Shown piece by piece: positions 9,235 through 17,152 of a stretch of DNA of 64,000 nucleotides. Origin of the DNA: a bacterium. Lineage in GTDB: Bacteria; Patescibacteriota; Minisyncoccia; Phycocordibacterales; CAIZLB01. The position numbers and the translations under genes are program-made. The stretch spans positions 24,096 through 88,095 of the forward strand of contig JBAXXP010000003.1 in NCBI GenBank assembly GCA_037127815.1, read 5' to 3'. The notes beneath the pieces are model-generated. The model was not told where the DNA came from, ran no database searches, and was given only the letters and a program-made list of their open reading frames with translations. Every line of letters begins with the position of its first letter. Within the stretch, counting starts at the first letter, position 1.

Positions 9235-9644
9235 ATACTTACTAGATAATTAATTTGTAATCTAGAAGCAACAAAAAACCGCCTACAATATCAAAGTAAT
9301 CTTTAATACCAAAGGCGGGTTTTCATCTATTGTATCGACCTGTGTTAGTAATAGAAAAAGCTTTAACCTTTGGGGTTAAAATTTCTACTACTTACTTGGT
9401 CACCCTCGTCAGTCCACTATCATGAGATAGTTTCTGAAGTATTTTCCAAATAGGTTTATATATAGAACTAGCTAAGGATGCGTAATTATATCCATCTTAG
9501 CCGATACGATATGAGACTGTCTAAGTGCTTCTGCGTCTATTTTAGCACGAAATATGATACAGCAAATGTCTTATTTCTGTTTTTTAGCACACCTTAACTT
9601 TTTCCCTTATTCGATAGGGTTTTTTGAATGTGAAATGTGGATAA

Positions 9645-10061
9645 CTATTTTTTAAATAGTATAGATTCCTGACTTTTAAACTCAGATTCACGCCCAACAA
9701 TGGGATTGCCATTTACATCAGCACTGTAGCTGACAATCTCTTTGTTTGTATATAAATCATAAATATATTGAGTAACTATATTTGAACCAATATAGCCACC
9801 TTTGTATAAACATTGGTTTGTTTCCTTGTTGAATCTATACTCGGAATTCATTATTCCGTCTCTTAATTCTTTTTTATCTTTTTCGAATCTTTCAGATCCA
9901 ATTTGCTCACATTTCTGAATATTAGCGATTTCTTCTTTTCTTGTTTGTTCAGTAGTTTCTCTTTTATCCTGTCTTGGTAAATACCAAATAAAATAGTATC
10001 CAACGGAAAGCGAGATAACTATCAGAGCAGTATTAACTGCTTTTTGTAATTCATTATTCAT
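9645..10061 (-). CDS. Hypothetical small membrane-anchored protein
   Basis: 138 aa with an N-terminal TM segment (ALIVISLSVGYYFIWYL). Confidence 0.4.
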   Translation of the reverse strand: MNNELQKAVNTALIVISLSVGYYFIWYLPRQDKRETTEQTRKEEIANIQKCEQIGSERFEKDKKELRDGIMNSEYRFNKETNQCLYKGGYIGSNIVTQYIYDLYTNKEIVSYSADVNGNPIVGRESEFKSQESILFKK

Positions 10062-10065
10062 AAGC

Positions 10066-10235
10066 CACTGTAGCGGTTTTAGCCTATTAATTTAATAATA
10101 GGCGAAGAGAATTGAGTCGTTAGACAGAAGACTCCTCGCCATTGCGACAGAGCTTGCGCCCTGCCCATATCTAGTTTCCCAGACATGACCGCTACAGTGA
10201 CTCTGACGAGGAGTCTTCCATACTGTAGCGGTTTT
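10066..10235. repeat. Interleaved repeat element: A(cactgtagcggtttt) - hairpin - B(gaagactcctcg) - A'(accgctacagtg) - B'(cgaggagtcttc) - A(actgtagcggtttt)
   Basis: Read directly from the sequence. The 12-bp motif occurs direct at 10066, inverted at 10188 and direct at 10222. An independent 12-bp inverted pair lies at 10127 and 10207 and interleaves with the first set. A small perfect hairpin gcctatta/taataggc lies at 10082-10103. A'-A plus TTTT forms a terminator-like hairpin on the plus strand. Confidence 0.55.
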
Positions 10236-10371
10236 GATATTCCGACCATATCCTAGAGAATTAAGGGTTCTTTAGGGGTTAGGTCTTTGTTGTTAATGAA
10301 ATGATAGCAGAAAATTTGCTATCTGTCAGTAGCTTAGATATGAGGGTTTGCGAAGCAGAAGTTACCAACAG

Positions 10372-13300
10372 CTAAACTGGCTGAAATTCTCGATAGACAC
10401 GAACTGTTTCCATATAAATAGATTCAATTAAACGTTCCGTTTGCATAATTTCTGTAATTCCTTTTTGAATCAAAAGAAGTCTTACATTCTGACGAATTCG
10501 AGCTTTAATAGTTTCATTATTTGTCCAATCAATAGTTAAGTCTCGACGGATACGCTTTGTAAGTTCTTTTACAAAGTCTTTGATATCTATTCCAGATTTT
10601 TTAAGATCAGGATCTGTCTGAAGAGTATCGTAGAAAGTTATTTCTTCAGGTGAGAGTCCGAGTGATTGGCTCTCTTCATCAAGTTTCTTGATCTCATCAG
10701 CAATTTCCAAAAGTCTTTTGATAATCTCAGCGGAACTGATTACATTATTTTCGTATTTCTCAATAAGATCAGTAAGGAGTGTAAGCATAGTCTCATAACG
10801 AGCCTTGTTCATTTTCATACGAGAAATAATTTCTTGATCAAGTAGTTTGCGAACTGCATCTACAGCAAAGTTTTGGAATCTAACTTTTTTAATTTCTTCC
10901 ACAAACTTCGAATCAAAGATTGAAATACTTTTAGAATCTCCGTTTGTAGAGAACAGATTAATAATATCTTCCGCTTGTATCGCATCATGCACAAGACTAC
11001 GAATAGCACTTTCCGTCTCTTCTGGAAATACCGCCTTAGGTACAACTGTTTGTTTATTAATACTTTCTTTTACTGCCTGTAGAAACTGAATGTCGGTAAT
11101 AATATTCATTGCAGGAGTTGAGGGCATTACAAGAGCATGAAGTTTTGATAGTTTAGATACAACTCCAATATATGCCATCTTTTGGTCATCAGAAAGACGC
11201 TCGTCCTTTGAAATAACCGCATTGATTGATTCTTGAAGAAGATTAGAAAGTTCGATTCCCTTAAGATTTCTCCATCCACTGAAATTTACTCCATACAAAA
11301 AACCAACCGCTTCTGCATGAGAATGATTCATTTCAGAAATAATTTCATCAAGTGGTAGTAAAGCATTGTTCTGTATATCAGAATCATACATCGCGAGAGC
11401 TTTCTTTAGATTTTCAGCGATACCGATATAGTCAACGATCAATCCACCCGGCTTGTCTTTGTATACACGATTTACACGAGCAATTGCTTGCATAAGTCCG
11501 TGGTTCTTTAATGGCTTATCCAAATACATAGTATGCAGATTTGGCACATCGAAACCAGTAAGCCACATATCACACACAATTGCGATCTTGAGTGAATCAT
11601 TTGTTTTCTTGAATCGCTTCTCGAGCTTCTTCATATCACGTTCTGACTGTATCTCATTCGCAAATTCTTCACTATTTGAAATAACCACAGCACATTCTGG
11701 TGCTCCAACAATTTTCTGTATTTCTCTATAGATTGATACTGCAATACGACGACTCATTGTTACCACCATAGCCTTACCACTAATAGGTCGATTATTAAAG
11801 TGATATACAATATCTTTTGCAACTTGCTCAATACGACTTTGTGATCCCACTACTTCTTCAAGCACTGCCCATTCTTTTCGAGCTTTTGCTTTTTCTTCTA
11901 CAACAATTTCTCCCAAAATATCATCAAGTTTTGAATCAACGAATTTATCCGCTAGATGAAGTGGAACCAGGCGTCCTTCATAATAAATAGGAACGGTCGC
12001 ACCATCTTCTACTGCTTGTCCAATTTTGTATGAACTAACAATTGGACCGAATACTGCAAAAGTATCCTTATCGTTTTGCGATATCGGTGTTCCTGTCACA
12101 CCCAAAAAGCTCGCATTTGGCAAAGCCTGTCTTACTGCACCAGCAAAGACACTGTACTGAGTACGATGAGCTTCATCCGTAAGAACAATAAGGTTCTCTC
12201 TTTCTGATAGGACATTCTTTGCATCAGGATCATCTTGAAACTTCTGTATTGTAGTAAAAATGAGTTCACTACCAATGTTTTTTAATCTCTTTTGTAAATC
12301 AAGAATACTACATGCTCTCTTTGCAAGATTGTCATAACCAGTTCTTTTGAATGTTTTATATAGCTGATCATCTAAGTCTTCACGATCCGTCAAAAATAAA
12401 TACGCAGGACTTTTCAATTCTTCAATATTCTTAGTCTTGTTTACATAAAAAACCATAGAGAGTGATTTACCAGATCCTTGTGTGTGCCAAAAGACTCCAA
12501 TCTTACGATCTTGTTCTCCACGCACAGCACGAAGTGTGCTTTCAACTGTTGTATTTACTCCGTAGTATTGATGGTACAAACACATCTTTTTTGTGAATGT
12601 TACAGCTTCACCATCTCCATCCGCTTCAAAAACAAAGAAGTTTTGTAAAACATCCAATAGTCGTGTTCGTTCAAATAATCCTTTAGTTAGTACTTCTAGC
12701 TGATTAGTATTCTTTGGAGCATCAATAGGCGTTGTGATTCCTTTCCACGTTCCATATCTTTCCCATGAAGATGAGATAGTCCCATGTCGTGCATTAATAA
12801 GATCAGAGAGGCCAATTATTTGATTGTATAAAAAAAGCTTAGGTATTTCTTTCTTGTATCTTTCAATTTGACGGTATGCTTCACCGATAGTTACAGATCC
12901 ATGAACAGCACTTTTAAGTTCAAACAAGCCAACAGGTAAACCGTTGATAAAAATAACCACATCAAAGCGATTTGTAGTATCTATTCCTTGTACAGTAAAT
13001 TGATTGACCACCAAGAATTCATTGTTATCTCCATTTTTAAAATCAAGAAGTTTAACTAAATCTGTTTTTTCTTCGCCGTTTTCTCTCCATGTTGTTTTTT
13101 TGCCATTCACGAGCCATGAATAAAACTCCTTATTCCCAAGCATCGGATCATTATGGTGATAATCAGAAATTTCTTTTACTACAATCTCTGCTTGATCAGC
13201 GGGAATTTGAGGATTAATTCTGCGAACAGCACCAAGAAGACGATCTTTTAAAACTACACCCCGAAAATCCTCACGTTCTGCATGAGGTTGCCCAGGATTA

Positions 13301-13392
13301 ATATCCGGACCGTATACATACTCATAACCTTGATCTTGTAGCCATTCAATGAGTGATTGTTCTGTTAAATTGTTTTCGTTTAAGTTTTTCAT
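10372..13392 (-). CDS. hsdR: Type I restriction enzyme R subunit (HsdR)
   Basis: 1006 aa with SF2 helicase motifs (HTQGSGKS, DEAH-like LTDEAHR) and an N-terminal nuclease region. Last gene of the RM operon. Confidence 0.9.
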   Translation of the reverse strand: MKNLNENNLTEQSLIEWLQDQGYEYVYGPDINPGQPHAEREDFRGVVLKDRLLGAVRRINPQIPADQAEIVVKEISDYHHNDPMLGNKEFYSWLVNGKKTTWRENGEEKTDLVKLLDFKNGDNNEFLVVNQFTVQGIDTTNRFDVVIFINGLPVGLFELKSAVHGSVTIGEAYRQIERYKKEIPKLFLYNQIIGLSDLINARHGTISSSWERYGTWKGITTPIDAPKNTNQLEVLTKGLFERTRLLDVLQNFFVFEADGDGEAVTFTKKMCLYHQYYGVNTTVESTLRAVRGEQDRKIGVFWHTQGSGKSLSMVFYVNKTKNIEELKSPAYLFLTDREDLDDQLYKTFKRTGYDNLAKRACSILDLQKRLKNIGSELIFTTIQKFQDDPDAKNVLSERENLIVLTDEAHRTQYSVFAGAVRQALPNASFLGVTGTPISQNDKDTFAVFGPIVSSYKIGQAVEDGATVPIYYEGRLVPLHLADKFVDSKLDDILGEIVVEEKAKARKEWAVLEEVVGSQSRIEQVAKDIVYHFNNRPISGKAMVVTMSRRIAVSIYREIQKIVGAPECAVVISNSEEFANEIQSERDMKKLEKRFKKTNDSLKIAIVCDMWLTGFDVPNLHTMYLDKPLKNHGLMQAIARVNRVYKDKPGGLIVDYIGIAENLKKALAMYDSDIQNNALLPLDEIISEMNHSHAEAVGFLYGVNFSGWRNLKGIELSNLLQESINAVISKDERLSDDQKMAYIGVVSKLSKLHALVMPSTPAMNIITDIQFLQAVKESINKQTVVPKAVFPEETESAIRSLVHDAIQAEDIINLFSTNGDSKSISIFDSKFVEEIKKVRFQNFAVDAVRKLLDQEIISRMKMNKARYETMLTLLTDLIEKYENNVISSAEIIKRLLEIADEIKKLDEESQSLGLSPEEITFYDTLQTDPDLKKSGIDIKDFVKELTKRIRRDLTIDWTNNETIKARIRQNVRLLLIQKGITEIMQTERLIESIYMETVRVYREFQPV

Positions 13393-13396
13393 AATA

Positions 13397-15169
13397 TTAA
13401 TTAATTTTTTCTGAAAGAAAATTAAAGATTTTCAAGAATTTATTTTTAGTTTCATTCGAAATTTCAAACTCCTTATTTTCAGCCAAAAGCATTTGAATCC
13501 CACTATTGAATTTTGATTTTTCATAAACTGTGGACTTTGGATCAAAATACTTAGTGATTCCAAGTTTTTCTGTTTTACTAAACAGTTCTTCACAAGAGCA
13601 CTTATCAAAAGAAATATCTATGTCACTTAAATCGAATATTCGATTATGAATATCGACACCAAACTCTTTTAAATATCTTTTCTTTTGTAACTTTCCTTCC
13701 TTATCTGCATCTAATAAACCAACGAAATTTCTACCCCATGATACATACAGAGCAATTGGTTGATCTAATTTACTTGCACCTGTTCCTGGATAAAAATTAA
13801 AATTCTGTAATTTTAAAATAACTTTGCAGATGTACTTAAGCGAATAATAATCATTTTTCCCTTCAGTTATAATTATTGGAGGCACCTCTTCTAATAGACC
13901 AGGTTGATATTCGAGCACATCCAGAATAGGCTGAAAATAAGCAGCGTCTGAAGGATTTTCTGCGACAAATTTTTTGTACTGTATTGCTTCAACATCAGTT
14001 TGTGAAGCATCAAAACTTACCTCATCATTATAATTTAACGCCTTATTTCGAACAATGTACGCTCCAGATAACCATTCTGGATTAATTAGATGATGACTAT
14101 GGGTCGTATAAATTAACTTTGATTTCTTTGTGATCTCACTAAATGTACTCAACAGATTCTTCTGAGCAGTTGAATGTAGATTTGAAGCTGGCTCATCCAA
14201 TAGAAAAAGTATTTCCCCAGAACTTGAAATTCTTTCTTTTCTAAACTCAGTAAAAAGAAGGAAAGTAAAAAACCACCTAAAACCAAGACTTCTTTCTGAT
14301 ATTGAGAAAGTATCTACACCTTCTTTAAGACGAAGTTCTAAATAACTCCTACCTTCTGGATCAATATCGGTTGAAACAATGATTTCCTTTTTCCCAATTT
14401 TTGAAAATTTACCCCAAGCTGAAAATACCACTTTTGAAATTTTAGCAGCCATCAAACTCTCGGTTTTTTCTAAAGCTTGCTTGTTTGCAGCAGTAGACTT
14501 ATTCTTTAAATTATTCAAAATTGTTTCTTCTACAGTAAATGTCCCATTGATTGTAGATAATACATCTTGAATAATGTTGTAATACTGCATCTCTGTAGAA
14601 GATACTGTATTAGGTTCGAGATATATCCTCTCTGGAAACTTCGCCAAGAAGTCTGGATAATATATTACTTCTGGTAAAAATTCTTCTTTTATATGTTTAT
14701 AAATTTGTTGCTTTTCATTTAATGGTAACTCGATAAATTTACCACCTTTTTTCTTTTGTCCTTCAATATCTAATCCGAATTTAATTTCAGTAGTAGTTGG
14801 AATAGCTCGATCAAAATTATAATATCGATAAATTTTTAAATTTTCAGGGAATTTGAAATCAACGTACTTTGTAATATTTGTATTTATATATTTTTTAATT
14901 TCTACAACATCATCTGATGAAAAATTTATTGTTGCTATTATTTCAGTGGCACCAGTAAAGCTTGCAGTATCAGATTTTGGTATGAGATTATGTCGTTGAT
15001 CCATGAGTGCTTCATTGGAAAGATTATAAATAGCCTCTAGAATAGTTGTCTTACCACTCTCGTTTAAACCAACTAAAGTAAAAATTTTTGAATCAACAGG
15101 AAAATTAACATTAAGATTTAGTTCTTTAATGCCCTTATATTTTTTTATTTTAAAATTTGAATAGTACAT
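13397..15169 (-). CDS. OLD-family / Gabija GajA-like ABC-type ATPase with C-terminal Toprim nuclease domain, embedded between hsdS and hsdR
   Basis: Walker A GLNESGKTT, ABC-type Walker B LLDEPASNLH and H-loop TTHSHH. C-terminal Toprim motifs IIITEGKNDY and LLDADKEG. Gaps of 5 bp and 4 bp to the flanking genes imply one operon. Confidence 0.75.
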   Translation of the reverse strand: MYYSNFKIKKYKGIKELNLNVNFPVDSKIFTLVGLNESGKTTILEAIYNLSNEALMDQRHNLIPKSDTASFTGATEIIATINFSSDDVVEIKKYINTNITKYVDFKFPENLKIYRYYNFDRAIPTTTEIKFGLDIEGQKKKGGKFIELPLNEKQQIYKHIKEEFLPEVIYYPDFLAKFPERIYLEPNTVSSTEMQYYNIIQDVLSTINGTFTVEETILNNLKNKSTAANKQALEKTESLMAAKISKVVFSAWGKFSKIGKKEIIVSTDIDPEGRSYLELRLKEGVDTFSISERSLGFRWFFTFLLFTEFRKERISSSGEILFLLDEPASNLHSTAQKNLLSTFSEITKKSKLIYTTHSHHLINPEWLSGAYIVRNKALNYNDEVSFDASQTDVEAIQYKKFVAENPSDAAYFQPILDVLEYQPGLLEEVPPIIITEGKNDYYSLKYICKVILKLQNFNFYPGTGASKLDQPIALYVSWGRNFVGLLDADKEGKLQKKRYLKEFGVDIHNRIFDLSDIDISFDKCSCEELFSKTEKLGITKYFDPKSTVYEKSKFNSGIQMLLAENKEFEISNETKNKFLKIFNFLSEKIN

Positions 15170-15174
15170 ATAAT

Positions 15175-16314
15175 CTAAATTAATTTTGCCAATAATTGAT
15201 CTCTTTGTGACCTTAGAGAAATGTTTTCAACATATAACGATATTTGTTTTTCAAATAAGTTACTTAGAATTTTGTCAGCTTTTCTGAGTAAGGATTCATT
15301 AGGTATTAGAACTAATGCGTCACTTATATGGTGTCTTTGTATGTGACCCATAGTCGTAGCTTTTCCTTCTGCAATCGCTTTAAATTCTTGAAGGTGTCTT
15401 TGTAAATATTGATACACAAACCATTTTGGGTAATACTGCGAAGTGACTTTGAATATATGCTGATTCAAAATTCCATCTTCACCAATCCACACCATTACAG
15501 AAAGACTCCCAGACCAAGCAAACAAGATATCTCCCTTTTTGATAATGTATTTTGTGTCTATATTTTTAGTTGCTCGATCAGAACTTTTATCAATACCGGA
15601 ATTCATCTCTCGTATTTTGATAACAGGAAATGAATCTTCCTGTCTTTCAGCTGGATATTTTTGTGAAGCAACTCCATTTAAAAAATCAGCTATTTTATCT
15701 AATCTTTTAACCTCCCACCCTTCAGGAATTTCTCCTAAATCACTCTCAACCATTTTCACATTCTCATACCCTGGAAATTTGAAATCAATAAGCCATTCAT
15801 TAAAAATAGTCTGGGCTGTTGTTTCAAGATTTTTTATAATAATATTATTATTTTCTATTTTTTTATCATAAGCACTCAAAATAGAGGCAATCCTTTTTTG
15901 AGTTTCTTTACATGGTGTTTCTACACTAATACTGTAAATAGTATCTCGATTTAAACCAGGAACAGCAGAATCGCCTCCATATCTAGGTAGATTAATTCTT
16001 TGTAGAAGATAGTAAACATACTTTAAATCAAAATCTTCAGAAACTTCATCGACATAGAAAACTGTATCTATTGGATATGATTCCTTTTCTGAATATGATA
16101 ACGATCCGACATTTCCTTTACGACCAATTATTATGGATGGTTTTTTTACCTTTGATTCATTATGAAAACCTACTAAACCACTTGATGCATAAACAGGAAT
16201 AGCACCCATTACTCGATTACGTTCAGGTAATCCAAAACCATATTTAATTTCCATCAAATCAGAAATTTGATGTGCTGTTTTTTCAATATTTATTTGTTCC
16301 AATAATTTAGTCAT
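15175..16314 (-). CDS. hsdS: Type I RM specificity subunit (HsdS), two target-recognition domains
   Basis: 379 aa with the typical HsdS repeat architecture and conserved central/C-terminal helical spacer motifs. Confidence 0.85.
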   Translation of the reverse strand: MTKLLEQINIEKTAHQISDLMEIKYGFGLPERNRVMGAIPVYASSGLVGFHNESKVKKPSIIIGRKGNVGSLSYSEKESYPIDTVFYVDEVSEDFDLKYVYYLLQRINLPRYGGDSAVPGLNRDTIYSISVETPCKETQKRIASILSAYDKKIENNNIIIKNLETTAQTIFNEWLIDFKFPGYENVKMVESDLGEIPEGWEVKRLDKIADFLNGVASQKYPAERQEDSFPVIKIREMNSGIDKSSDRATKNIDTKYIIKKGDILFAWSGSLSVMVWIGEDGILNQHIFKVTSQYYPKWFVYQYLQRHLQEFKAIAEGKATTMGHIQRHHISDALVLIPNESLLRKADKILSNLFEKQISLYVENISLRSQRDQLLAKLI

Positions 16315-16315
16315 A

Positions 16316-17152
16316 TTATTTTTTACAATTAGAACACAGGTTCATACCTGTTAACGAAATTGATGCTGAATTAAAATCATAAGGATATGTTTTCCCACAC
16401 TTGCTACAAATCTGATTTCCTAACACATAGTGATTATTATTTAATAAATCAGACTTACCAAGAGAGAAGGATGTACTGTCTCCTAAAGTTGTAGCACTAA
16501 ACAAAACAGATTCTCTTTCTTTTTTCATGTTTTTAATCTGTTTTTCTAGCTGTGCAATTTTTTTACCAAACCCCTCTTGCTCTACAGCTGTTGCTGATTG
16601 AGCTAATTTCATTTTTTGATCTAACAAATCCATAACAAATGCTCTGTATGTTTCATTAAACTTTTCTTGAACTTCTTTTTCACTCCTAAGCGTTGGATCT
16701 ATATCAATCCAGTCCTCATACCCAGAGTTAACATTTAATTCAATCACAGATAAATGACGATCAATCTCATTTAGTTGAGGTTTTACATCTCTTGTTGCTT
16801 TCTTACTAAAGGTCATCACCCAGCAACGTAAACTACCAATTTGTTTTTGTATCGACTGCAAATTACGTACAGCAGACTGACCTTTTTTTCGAAGTATATT
16901 TTCACCTGTAACTTTTGAATACTCATTTTGGAATATACCTCCGGCTATTCCACCAGTTATACTTCCGAATACAGCTAAAAGATTTGAAAATAATTCATTT
17001 GTTTTAAACCATATAGATAGACCGAGTGAGATGATGGTAACTACTATAAAAACAAGGAACCATGGATCAAAAATCATGTTTGCAAAACTATTCCATTTTT
17101 GTTTAAGTCTAGTCATATATTTAAAATCCAAGTTCTTTAAGATTATTTTCAA
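16316..17152 (-). CDS. Hypothetical membrane protein: 2 N-terminal TM helices, coiled-coil, C-terminal zinc ribbon; embedded between hsdM and hsdS
   Basis: TM segments FLVFIVVTIISLGLSIWF and LLAVFGSITGGIAGGIF. C-terminal CSKCGK...CSNCKK. It overlaps the hsdM end by 32 nt and lies 1 nt from the hsdS start. Confidence 0.5.
   Translation of the reverse strand: MKIILKNLDFKYMTRLKQKWNSFANMIFDPWFLVFIVVTIISLGLSIWFKTNELFSNLLAVFGSITGGIAGGIFQNEYSKVTGENILRKKGQSAVRNLQSIQKQIGSLRCWVMTFSKKATRDVKPQLNEIDRHLSVIELNVNSGYEDWIDIDPTLRSEKEVQEKFNETYRAFVMDLLDQKMKLAQSATAVEQEGFGKKIAQLEKQIKNMKKERESVLFSATTLGDSTSFSLGKSDLLNNNHYVLGNQICSKCGKTYPYDFNSASISLTGMNLCSNCKK

Noticed and set aside
9236-9644. Possible terminator-like hairpins (aaccgcct...aggcgggtttt with a 33-nt loop; cccttattcgataggg plus TTTTTT; tttaacc/ggttaaa) in the 410-bp gap after the ParB-methyltransferase gene
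   Set aside because: Stems are short or the loops very long. They are not positioned downstream of any gene on the appropriate strand. They are noted only as weak secondary structure.
10195-10240. CUGACGAG resembled a hammerhead ribozyme core (CUGANGA)
   Set aside because: No downstream GAAA(C) element or properly positioned stems I/II/III could be found on either strand.
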